DNA from: Cenococcum geophilum
Lineage: Eukaryota
Length of the DNA: 64,000 bases
Direction of reading: 5' to 3'
Assembly: GCA_050273025.1 (NCBI GenBank)
Contig: CP158635.1
Coordinates: 29,636,001 to 29,700,000, forward strand
Shown: positions 35,408 through 47,598 of the stretch, one piece after another
Layout of the letters: each line of letters opens with the position of its first letter
Position numbering within the stretch: position 1 is the first letter of the stretch
The notes under the pieces: generated by a model
What the model was told of the DNA's origin: nothing
Seen by the model: only the letters and a program-made list of their open reading frames with translations
Database searches by the model: none
Translations under genes and position numbers: made by a program

Positions 35408-37552
35408 TGTCACGGAAGTGGGCACGAGCTAGAATACAATGTACTAAACAGGGTAGTAATTGAAGAAGGCTACGTACGCGTAACTATGCGTGGTTAATAC
35501 AAAGACATTTGGATAAAGAAGAAGATTCTTTGTGTGCCAGGTTGGGTATAAATAGGGGTTGTAGGGGAACGTGCGTAGGTGTCTCGGGACGAACGTGAGC
35601 ACGGGTTAAGAACGTCAAAACGCGCAGGGACGTGAGAGCGTGTGAGTCCCGTAACAGTACCCCCCCCTTACTTCCGAGCTCCTGCGAGGCATATCGTGTT
35701 ATATATACTAAAAAAAAACCCAATACGGGAAAAAAAATTTATTAGCCTTCTCCGCCCTTCTACGTCCTCCGTTGCACAGGCTCCTCCAGTTCGGTCCTTC
35801 TATATTTAATTGTTAGGCTACTAACTTGTTAGGCCTAAAGTATAGCCTAGCTTCCGTCGCCAGCTACACTCCTGTCCTCGCCGCTTGGAGACGCATTGCT
35901 GAAGCTTGTATAGTCCCTTTCTCGCTTCTAGCAGCTCTACGGCCTTCCCTTCCTATACTCCAGGTCCCCCTAAAAAATTACCCCAATTTTTGGTCCAAAA
36001 TGGGCGTTTTAGGCAGTATTTATCGGCCTAAACGGCAGTATAGTATGGTTAGTACGGTGTTCGTGGTCGTAGTAAGGCATATTCTTAGTAGGTTCTTATT
36101 AGTGCGGTGCAGTATTCGTATCGTAGGTAGGTTCTTGTCGGTGGCAGTACGGTGCCAGCGTAGGTTCCGTAGGTATATCGGCACGGGATCTTATTAGATT
36201 CGGGTAGCAGTACGGTGCTAGCAACGTGTTTGGGTTCCATAGGCGAATCGGCACGGAGCTTATCAGTTCATGTGGTAGCAGTACAGTGCTAGCGACGGGG
36301 CATCTTGTAGGCGTATCGGCACAAGGCTTGTCGGTTCAGGCAGCAGTACAATGCAAGCGACGGGTTTGGGGGTCTAGGGAGCGAGGCTCTACCTAGTTGT
36401 GTTCGGCTTGTAGGCGTATCGGCACGAGGCTTGTCGGTTCAGGTAGCAGTACAATGCAAGCGACGGGCGGCTTAAGACAGTCTGGGTATCGGATGCGAAT
36501 AGCTTCGGCGGCGGCAGTACAATGCTAGCGACAGGTTCGGGCGGCTTAGGATAATTCGGGTATCAGATGCAGAGAGCTTCGGCAGCAAGTTCGGACGGTA
36601 GCAGTACGGTGCCAGCGACGGGTTATCTTGTAGGCGTATCGGCACGAGGCTTATCGGTTCGGGTAGGTAGCAGTACAATGCCAGCGACAGATTCGGCTCG
36701 TAGGCGTATCGGCACAAGGCTTGTCGGTACGTAGGGCAGTGCGTGCAGGTCGGTAGGACAGTAGTAAGATACCAGCTTCCGTGTTCGTGTTCGTGTTCGT
36801 GTTCGTGTAGCAGTAGGATGCGAGCCATCAGGTCAAACCGAGGGGCAGTAACGTGCCTGTTCGTAATAGCAGTAGGATGCAAGCCATCGAGGTCGCAGGC
36901 GTATCGGCGCGATGTCTTGTCGGCAGGTCGTGATTCCACAGGCGTATCGGCGCGGAGACTTGTCAGATTCGTACGGCAGTAACGGGGCCAGGTTGGTAGG
37001 ACAGCAGTACGATGCTAGCGCAGGGTTCGGGTTCGGGTCGTCGTGCAGTAGGATGCGAGCCATCTGAGGTCAAACCGGAGGGCAGTAACGTGCTCGTTCA
37101 AAATCGGTAGCAGTAGGGTGCAAGCCATCGAGGTCGCAGGCGTATCGGCGCGATGTCTTGTCGTACCAGTTCAGAACCCCAGCGTCCCAGTCTACCCGCA
37201 GCCAGCAGCTCCTGTATCTACCCTCGTATTAGGCGTAGAAAGGCATGCTCCGCGACCAGTAGCCCACAGGCCCGCCAGGTATAGAAAAGGGATCCAAATG
37301 TAGTGTCACGGAAGTGGGCACGAGCTGGAATACAATGTACTAAACAGGGTAGTAATTGAAGAAGGCTACGTACGCGTAACTATGCGTGGTTGATACAAAG
37401 ACATTTAGATGAAGAAGAAGATTCTTTGTGTGCCAGGTCGGGTATAAATAGGGGTTGTAGGGGAACGTGCGTAGGTGTCTCGGGACGAACGTGAGCACGG
37501 GTCAAGAACGTCAAAACGCGCAGGGACGTGAGAGCGTGTGAGTCCCGTGACA
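35408..37552 (-). mobile_element. Non-autonomous LTR element (large TRIM/LARD-like, 2145 bp) with an internal tandem-repeat array
   Basis: 249-bp LTRs at 35408-35656 and 37304-37552; TSD GGTGT; PPT at 35657-35670; no gag/pol. Confidence 0.93.
36050..37165. repeat. Degenerate ~55-65 bp tandem repeats plus a (GTGTTC)n microsatellite at ~36781-36807
   Basis: Recurring GGCGTATCGGCACGAGGCTTGTCGGTTC...AGCAGTAC..TGC.AGCGACGGG. Confidence 0.85.
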
Positions 37553-38365
37553 GGTGTTACCGGATATACAATTATTCTTATTAAAGACTAGTATAAGGGC
37601 GCTCTTATAGATATTGCACTGCTAAAGCGAAAGTCTTAAAAACCTATAGCCCCTCTGTCTACCCGACTCGGCCGTAACTTTATTACTGCTAGGATGGCGA
37701 TATAGGAGGATAGGGCAGCGGATTTCGCCAGCAATCTGGCTTTATTTGTTATAATTAACAGTAATATTATCTCGCAGGTATCTACTTAGGAGGAGGAGGA
37801 TTAAATACTTAATAAGAATATAATATTATTAGCCCTGCCGATTAAGTATATAGAAAAATAAAAGAGGGCGAAGACTAATACAGAGAAACGGGCGGTACTT
37901 CTAGATATATTGTACGAGCTTGCGAATAAAGCTACTAGATGTCTACGCAATATTCTACTTAAGCTATATAAGGAGACGAGTCCGTTATCTAGAGGTCTAC
38001 GCTGTTACTCTAATTATAATAATTTGTTATAGGCTTATAAGGAGTATAATATTATTGCATTATATACTAGGAATATTATAAAGAGTAAGTACTTAAAGGA
38101 TCTATTTATAAGTATTAAGAAGTAGATTAAAGGATGGCTTAATATAATATACTAGGATGCAGTTTAGAGTCTAATTTCTAGTTATATTATATCCGACAAT
38201 TAAATCCATATACTCTATATTTAACCTCCGCTAACTTATAAGGGCCTTAAGCAGATATTACCCGAATAGGATTATAGCTTTCTAGGAGATAAAGTAGACG
38301 CGCTTATTCGCTTTATTTATAAGGAAGAAACGCGATACTTTAGTACTAGCGTCTTATAGGCTGCG

Positions 38366-41300
38366 TGTTACAAACGCTTTAAGTACGATGTTACGACTAC
38401 TTAGAGAGGAGTTGGAAGAAGCTAGTTGGTTAATACAGGCACGGACTAGGATAGAACCCGTAGAACCATATAACGAGGAATAGTAAGCGAGTCACATAAT
38501 AGTTAAATGTATTGGCTGCGTTAAATGTAAGGGACGTCACGTTTAATATAGATAAGACGTACATTACGTATAAGAAGGATTTTATAGGAGTACGGTTATG
38601 TATTTAAGGACCCTTAGTCCCTACCTAGATAGTTTCTTCCTTATAGTAATTCTTAGAATATAATTAGAGTTAATCTGTTAGGCAACTACTCCACCAATTA
38701 TTATTACGTTGTTAACTTTTATACTTACATTTCCTACACACCTAGCCCAATAACGAGCCTATCGTAGTTCTTGCTACAAGGTTCCGTTACACAATTACTA
38801 CCTAGTTATAATATTAATATAAAAAGTTAAACAACATGCCACTAAAAGCAGCCACCATAACGCCATTAACGGTAGCAACTACTTTAAGGACAGGAGGTAA
38901 TACCAGTATAGTAGATACTAACTCACAGCAACCTGTAACGGTTGGATAGCTATAGGAAATAGTTAACTAGCTAATAGCTAATAATATAGTATTAGAAGAA
39001 AGACTTAACGGGATAGAAGCAGTAAAGATTAAGCTACTATTAATTAAGAGATTTATAGGAGAGAGGTTAAAGCTTAAAGGATTCCTTACGTAAATACACT
39101 TTAAGGTCTTATAGAAGGGAGTAAAGTTACCTATACTTGTGGATCGGATAGCCTATATAAGACTATTCTTATTAGGAAAAGCACTTAAGTGGTTTAAACC
39201 TTACCTTACGGAGATATAGGCAAATAGAATAACGACCATTAACTAAAACGTGTAATTTATATTCTTAAGTTAGGAAGGATTTGCGGAATAACTTACGCAG
39301 ATATTTAGAGACCTAGAAGGAACAACTATAGCGGAAAGAAAACTCCAGAACCTCGTATAACAAACTTTAGTAATTAAGTATATAATACAGTTCCAGACAC
39401 TAGTAATATAAGTAGAGTAAAATAATAGGGCGCTTATAGCATAGTATAAACAGGGACTTAAGGCTAAAGTCTAGGACGTAATTATTCTAATAGAAGATGT
39501 GGATACCCTAAGGGAATTAATAGATTAAGCGATTAAGATTAATAATAGGATCTTCTAAAGGGAACAGGCTAAGAAGGGCTAGGATAGAGTTCTATAGTTA
39601 TATAAGGCGCAGAGTACGCAACAACAAAAGCTAAGTTAGAAACTATAGTATGGCGCAGAGCTAATAGACCTAAGTAGTACTAAAGAAGCCTATAAGAGAT
39701 AGAGTAAACTATAGAAACCTAGAGGATAAGGATTAAGTAATTAAAGGTCTAAGGAGCAAAGGCCGAATTAGGGATCTTAATAGTAGAAGACATTTAGGCG
39801 GACTCTATAGCAAGAGAAATGGTTTAAAAAAGGAGCTTATATAAATTGCGGAAAATAGGGTTATTATATTAGAGACTATAGAAGTGAGCAGAGTTACTAC
39901 GTAGTAAAAGGCATAAGACTAGTAGACGATATATATGTATAGAGGGATTATAATATACTACAAGGAACAAAAGAATATTTAATTAAAAGTTTTACGTTTT
40001 ATTATAATAACGTATACCAAATTTATAAGGACGCTAAGTACGGCGCAAGCTATTAGCTATAAGAGCTAGCACCTATAGAATACAGAGGAACCAACGAACT
40101 AGTTCGCAGATTGGATATTAAGGACAATAAATTTAATATAGGTAAAACATTTTATAACAATAAGGTAATAAGGGCCGCTTACTAGGAGCAAGCAAACCTT
40201 GGAGATGTTATACTAGAGGTAAAGAATAATTCTACTATAGAATAGGGAATATTAGTAGGGATTGAGACCCCACTAAATATAATATCTATCGCTTCGCGAA
40301 ATATAAGAGAAGTAGGATAGCAAACTACTTCGGCACTTAATAAAGGCAAAAGGTTAAAGACTTAAGATTCTTAAGACAAGATAAGAGACAACTAAGATTC
40401 TTAAGACGAGATAAGGTATACCTAAGGACCTATAATAGACGAAAACCGATAGAGCAGGGTAGTAGCTTAGTTTAAAAATATATAAATAAGCTCGGGATAA
40501 GAGTTTCCCACGGCACAAGATTCTTAAAACGAGATAAGTGAGATTTAAGACTCTTAAGATAAGATAAGAACACTATGGACGCCTAGTTAGACTAAGGCGG
40601 GAGCTAAGCTTAAGTTAAAAGCAAGCTCAGGATTAAAGAATCTAAGGGACTAAGATTTTAGAGTATAAATAAGGACACCTATAGGTAAGAGGCAAGGAGC
40701 TTCTTTATAGATTAGAGAATCTATAATATAAATAGCAGTTAGACTAGGAGACAGATATATAGACCTAGAAGACTTATTAGGGGAACGTAGTATTCAGCCT
40801 AAAGATTAAAAGTTTAATACTAGGATTAAAAAGCAAGACGACTTTAAGAATTAGAGCGTAAGGCATAAACAAAAAAAAACCATAGAAGAGTTTAGGCAAA
40901 GAATTATCGCATAGTAAGAATAGAAACTAGATAAGAGATCTAACACATTAGGACGTATAAAGGACAGAGCACTAGTATAAAGAATTACTAATAGGCCGAG
41001 AGCAGGCATACTAAGAGCTAAGTAGCTTATTAAACTAAAAAGTAAAGAGGATCTAGGGATTTTAACTAGGTTTAAAGAACGACATATAAAGGGCTGTTAT
41101 AATATAGTAATAAGAAGATACTTCCTTACGGACAGACTGTATACACTTTAGCAGCTGTACTAAAAGTGGTATAGGCAAAGGCATAATAATAAGTGGGAAG
41201 ATTTCTATATGTGGTTAGATGAAAAAGTTATCCAAGACCACCCAATTATAGAAAAGGCTATAATGCATATTAAAGGAGCCTTAATTATAACATTAAAGGA

Positions 41301-44300
41301 TCTAAAGGAACGTTTAGAGGACTAAAGAAGCAAAAGACGCATCTTAGTACCTACGAATAAAGTCGTAACGTTTAGATCAGCACAACAAAGGTTTAAACTT
41401 AGGGACAAAGACGAGCTAAAAGTTAACCTAAAGCACCTAGTATACTATACATTATTATAGATTGCGTATATAGACAATATATGCGAAATATACAAGAATC
41501 CAAAGGAAAAGAATTGGAAATACCCTATAAGAATATACTAGATAACGGACGAGCAACAGTATAGAAATGCTAAATATATATATAGATGGCATCTAGCAGA
41601 GGTCTAAGAGGAAGGAAGCGTAGTACTTTAACCAGGAAGATTCCTTATAAAAGAATGCTTAGATAGATAACAGTGGTGGAAATACCCAGAAAATATATAT
41701 CTATAGTATATTAAAGATAAAAAGCAAACTAGGCATTAGCTAAAGAGTAAGCTAAGTATACCAGGATTAAGCAGCTAATAGTTAGGAAAAGTAGAGGCCT
41801 ATAGGACTAGAGGGAGCTAGTAGTAGAGCCTTAAACCCTTAAAGGAATTTAAGGACAATACCTAAATTTATAAATTAATTGGCAAGATTAGCAGTTTAAA
41901 GCGCTAATAGATAGTAGAGTAACGTAAAACCACATCTTACTAATAGTAGTTAAGAGAATAGGACTACCTTATAGACAAAAGGAGTAACCTTACCTATTAG
42001 TTACGATTTTAGGGGATTTAATAACCTATAGAGGAGGGATCATTAATCTTAAAATAGGACCTATTTAAATAACTATTAAAGGAAGACAAATTAAGATATC
42101 TTTCGATATCCTACCATTAGGACAGGACGAGGTAGTATTAAATATGCCTTAGTTACAGAAATATAATCTAAGGATTAATTAGATTACAGGTTAGGTCAAT
42201 ATTAAAGATACTTAACGCCGCAAAATGTGACAATAAGCTAAGTTAGTATAGTACTAAGTAGAAGCAACCTATAAAGAAATAGAAAAAGGACTAAGTTATA
42301 TACCAAAGAGATACTATAAGTATAGTAAAAAACTATAGTCACTAAAAAGTAAAAAGCTGTTAGAATATGCAGCATGGGACTATAAGATAGAGTTGGAACT
42401 AATAATAAGTTTAAAGTTCTTTCCAATCTACAAGCTTACCAAAGAAGAAGGTAGAGCGTTAAAAGAGTTTATCCAGAAAAATCTATAAAAGGGATATATT
42501 AGACCATCACAGTTATCAGTAGGTTATCCAGTACTATTTATACTAAAGAAGAATAGTAAACTAAGGCTATATATTAACTATAGATAGTTAAACAGCATTA
42601 CCAGGAAGGATAGGTATCCTTTACCCTTAATTAGCGAAATCTAAGACAGAATAGGTAATGCGCAAATCTTTACGAAAATAGATCTAAGATGGGCGTACCA
42701 TTAGATTAGGATTAAGAAAGGCGACAAATAGAAGGTAGCCTTTAGGTTAAAGGAAGGACTATATAAACTATTAGTTATACAATTTAGGCTTATAAACGCA
42801 CTAGTAACGTTCTAGAAACGTATTAACAATATATTAGGAGAATACTTAGATGAATTTATTATAGTATATCTTAATAATATTATTATCTACTTAATAACTA
42901 AGGAAGAATACGGGGAATACATTAAATAGGTCTTAAAGAGACTATAGGAAGAACAGATGCTAGTAGCAATTAAGAAATACGAGTTCTTTACCAGAAAGAC
43001 CGATTTTGTTAGATTTATTATTAAACTAGGCCAACTTAGCATAGATCTAAAAAAGATTAAGGCTATAGTAAATTGGTAGGAACTAGAGAACGTTATATAG
43101 TTAAGATTATTCCTAGGGTTTTACAATTACTGTAGAAGGTTTATAGCGCAGTAGTTAAAGGACATTAAGCCATTTACGCGGTTAATAAAGAAAGAAGAAC
43201 TATAGGCATAGGGAAAGGAGCAAAGAGAACTCTTTAAGAAAGTTAAAGAGTTGTTTACCTAGGAGCCAGTTCTTAAAATCTATTAACTAGGACTAGAGAC
43301 GGTTGTAAAGATAGATATATTAGACTATATACTAGGGGCGTACTTTATATAAAGATATTAAGATAGATAGCACCCAGTGGCATACTATAGTCGGAAGATA
43401 ACACCACTAGAGTTAAACTATAACATCTATAACAAGGAGTTATTAGGTATAGTTACAGCATTAAAGGAATAAAGGGCATTCTTATAAGGTATAGAGAAAC
43501 CATTTATAGTTAAGACGGATTATAAGAACCTAACAGGATTCCTAATAATAAAGGAACTTAACTAAAGATAGGTTAGATGGGCAGAGATGCTTACAGAATA
43601 CTATTTTAAGATTTAGCATACCAAAGGTATAGACAATATGCGGGCAGATGCTCTAAGCCGTAAAGCTAAACTATAAAATAAGGAAAAGCCATTGGGGGCT
43701 TTATTGCGAAAAGATATAGATAGATTAATTAGGTATAATTATCCGAAAATTATAGCAACTTAAGAAAATAAGGAACTAGAGAAAGTCTACGAGATACTAG
43801 AAAGCTTTTAGGTATAAAGAATTCTAAAAGCATAGCTAAAAGATCTATAGACGGATATGTATAAAAATCAAAAAGTAAAGTACATCCTAAGAAGTATAGC
43901 AGAGTAGTTTATGGAAGACTTCTATAAGGGACTAACTTAAGGACATAATGGGGCTACGGGCTTAGTGTTAAGACTTTAAAAGGAATACATTATTAACGGA
44001 ATCTAGAGGATAGCCAGAAAAATTATAAAGGAATGTCTAAATTACTAAAGGAATAAATTAACGAGGCATAAGCTATATAGAGGGCTATAACCTATTAAAA
44101 TACTAGAGAGACTATAGGAGGTCATATTATAGGACTTTATTATTAAGTTGCCAAAATTAAAAGATCCTATCACCGGATAAGATTATGACGTAATTTTAGT
44201 AATAGTAAATAAGCTTATAAAGTGGGGATACTTTATAGTATATACAGAAGAAATCTTAGCGGAAGATGTCGCTAGAATCTACGTTAAAGAAGTATTTATA

Positions 44301-46321
44301 AGATATAGAGTACTAAGCAAAATCATATTAGATAGAGATCTAAGATTTATAGCAGCATTCTGGGAAGTGTTCTTAGCAGAGTAAGGAGTTTAAGCAGCAA
44401 CTTCCACCGCATATTATTTATAGACAGACGGTTAAATAGAAAGATTAAATTAAACGCTAGAGCAGTATCTAAGGCATTATGTTAATCATACACAGAACAA
44501 TTAGGTATCGCTATTACTAGTTATATAGTTTGCGTATAATGTAACACCTTAAGAAGGAATAGGCATATTACTATTTAAGGCAAATTATGGATATAAGCTA
44601 AGAATATCATTGTTACTATAGTAAGTAAAGAAAACGAGTAGTATAGCCAAAGAAAGAATAAAGGATTTAATAAATCTTTATGCAGACCTTATAGAGACAG
44701 CTAAGGTAGTATAGCAGAGAATAAAAAGGTACTATAATGCTAAGAGATCTAAGGGACCAGATCTTAAGGAGGGAGATAAAGTATGGCTACTACACAAAAA
44801 TTTTAAGAGTTGACGACTAAGCAAGAAATTAGATTACGTTAGACTAGGACCTTTCGAAATTATATAAAGGATTTCACCGGTCATGTTTAAGTTAAACCTA
44901 CCAGCCAAAATAAAGATCTACCCTATATAGCACATTGCAATACTAGAGCCAGCATATAAGAATATTAAGCCACTAGTTTATAAAGCAGACACGTATAGAG
45001 GACAAGAAGAAGACAAATAGTAAGTTTTGAAGATTATTAATTATAAGGATATTAACGATAAAATATGGTACGAGGTTAAGTAAATAGGCTATACTAAGAC
45101 TACCTAGGAGCCACTAGAGAATTTAAAGAACGCTATAGGAAAGGTATAGGAGTATCGGAAAAGATTAGGTTAGGCAGCATTAATAAAAAAGGATCGCTAA
45201 AAAATAAGTTACCTAAGGGGGACCTAAGAAGAGCAGTTGCCGAACTACTTAGATCTATTTCCTTCTCTATTAAAAGAGAATCCGTTCTTTCATTACCTAG
45301 TTCCTATAAACCTTATTAAATAAGCTTCTACTCCTTTAAACGAACTTTCTTACGGACATGTTCCAAACGCTAAAGATAAGCATAAGCTAGACGCTAAGCT
45401 TTAAGGACACGTACGAACTCTTCTAAGGCACGCTAAACCTTAAGCAGTGCAGAGGCTAGCTCACTATTAAGCTTCGTAGCGGTAGATTAAACACAAAACC
45501 CTATAATAAATTACTTAAGGAACTTAAAGACTACTAAAAGTAATAGAATATACACACTTAGCATCAAACGTAGAATAAACGTTATACAATAAACATATAT
45601 TGGCGCAAGTGTATTTAGAATAAGAGGAGGGTTAGCGACTAAAAGGACTTATAATTATAACGTAACTTAACCCCTCTTTCGCATAACAAGAGTAAGGGAC
45701 CGCTATTACTTTACCTAGTAATAGTATTAAGGAGACAGTACGAAGGCGACGCTTAACCCAAGAGAGAGAAGAAATTACTTTAGGTATAATAAGCAATAAT
45801 ATTAACCAAATTAATTAGACGGATATTATACCTCTAGTAAATAACCTAGAGATACTAGGTATCTTTAAGGACAAAGATAAAAAGGAGGGAGATAGTATTA
45901 TAAACGCTTTAAGTACAATATTATAACTACTTAGAGAGGAGTTAGAAGAAGCTAGTTAGTTAATATAGGCATAGACCAGGATGGAACCCGTAAAACTATA
46001 TAACGAGGCATAGTAAGCGAGTCATATAATGGTTAAACGTATTAACTGCGTTAAATGTAAGGGATGTCACGTTTAATATAGATAAGACGTATATTATATA
46101 CAAGAAGGATTTTATAGGAGTACGGTTATATATTTAAGGACCCTTAGTCCCTACCTAGATAGTTCCTTCCTTATAGTAATTCTTAGAATATAATTAGAGT
46201 TAATCTGTTAGGCAACCACTCCACCAGTTATTATTACGTTATTGACTTTTATACTTGCATTTCCTACACACCTAGCCTAATAACGAGCCCATTGTAGTTC
46301 TTGCTACAAGGTTCTATTACA
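38366..46321 (+). mobile_element. Chromoviral Ty3/Gypsy element D (RIP-dead) with an extended gag region and an antisense ORF
   Basis: 426-bp LTRs at 38366-38791 and 45896-46321; TSD CTGCG; PPT AAAAAGGAGGGAGATAG; RT, RNase H, integrase and chromodomain remnants at ~41850-45200. Confidence 0.95.
45230..45787 (-). pseudogene. Antisense accessory ORF of element D with a Zn2Cys6-like cluster and coiled coil
   Basis: Six Tyr codons (RIP of TGY) spaced C-x2-C-x6-C-x13-C-x2-C-x8-C at ~45580-45700. Confidence 0.65.
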
Positions 46322-47598
46322 CTGCGTCGCAATCTAGTAGACGTATTGCTATATCTAGAAGCTCGTTATAGACGCCTTTATTATTAGTAGGTTAATAGGG
46401 ACCTATTAGTGTATTAACTATAAAGAGTGCTAGCCTTAATTAACCGTTGTAAACCGAAGTATTACCGCCCTTATAGCTATTATTAGCATTTAGCTCGCAA
46501 ACGGATATAACTAAGTCTTAAAGAACTTAGCTTGTATTAACCTAAGACTTATAGGCGAACTGGTCCCAAACTATATATGCCACTCTATCGTAGTTATCTT
46601 AACAGCTAGATATTTAATATCCGTATACTTTAAATACACGGCTACCCGCTTAAAAATCGTCTAGTGCATATTCGCAGAACCCTTAACTTAACCTTTAGCA
46701 TCCTAATAACTCCCTATAGCGCCTTTATTGTTCCTAATAGCTTCTTAATATAGCTCCGTATAATCCTTACGATTCTTTACTACCTTAGTTTATATCTTAG
46801 AACAACCTAGGTATTAGTCCGCGGTATAGCCCTTAAGCTCCGCAGTAGAGGTCTAATAGTATTATTAGCTCAAATATAGGTGGCGCTAGTTCATAGCGTG
46901 GTATTTAATCTCCGCAGTAATTTCCGCGTGCGGTTATTGCGAATTAACGTGGCCTTATTAATAATCCTACTGGCAATAATCCGTTATTAGTAGCAATCTA
47001 TAGTAATCTAGTATTAACGGCGACAGCAAACTGCCGCATTACGGCACCCTCTATAGTAACTTAGTAGCAGGATACTAGAAGGGAATTAGCTTATATAGTA
47101 GGTGTGGACGGATATCTATAGGGTTAGTGTAGTAGTTTAGCAGCTTATCTATTAACCTAGGCTTATCGCTTATAGCGGCTTTTAAATAGTTTGTCTAACT
47201 AACCGTATACTAGTGCTTAATAACCGCATACTTTACCTAGTGGCTTACCAGTGCGGTTAAAAAGCTTATTCTAACGCGCAGACTTATAGGCCAATATATT
47301 AACAACTATAGAGTTAGCTCCCTTTTAGCGGGCAGAATTAACTAGAGGTAAATCTAGCACTTACCGCCGCTCTGCTTAAGTAAAAAGTACTACCTCTACT
47401 TATATAGCTAGTGCTAATACAACTCTAAGCTAGTCTTTTTAGCTAATCCTCCCCTCTAGTACTGTACTAGCTAGTAGTATAACCTTAAAAAAGACGCAGA
47501 GACGTTTATTTGCTAATATTAGTGGTAATGCAAGTATAAATAGGCTGTGGCTAAAACGCCAGATATTAGAGCTTATAGCGTAGCATTAGGTCTTAGCC

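Larger units (their letters stand above)
33800..38365 (+). pseudogene. RecQ-like SF2 helicase (RIP-dead), split by the 35408-37552 element; a short tail may continue after 46326
   Basis: Reverted motif I AKTSWGKS (~34235), motif II VIDECHLVANWGKSFRP (~34540), motif V TSDALAHGANIPDI (~35275), motif VI QRFGRAAR (~35375). Confidence 0.88.

Noticed and set aside
36050..37165. CRISPR-like array
   Set aside because: Eukaryotic context; units are degenerate tandem repeats without unique spacers, inside an LTR element
33800..38365. Telomere-linked RecQ helicase or host SGS1
   Set aside because: No telomeric repeat arrays seen; gene is RIPed (multi-copy) and linked to an Academ-type transposase through a shared backbone
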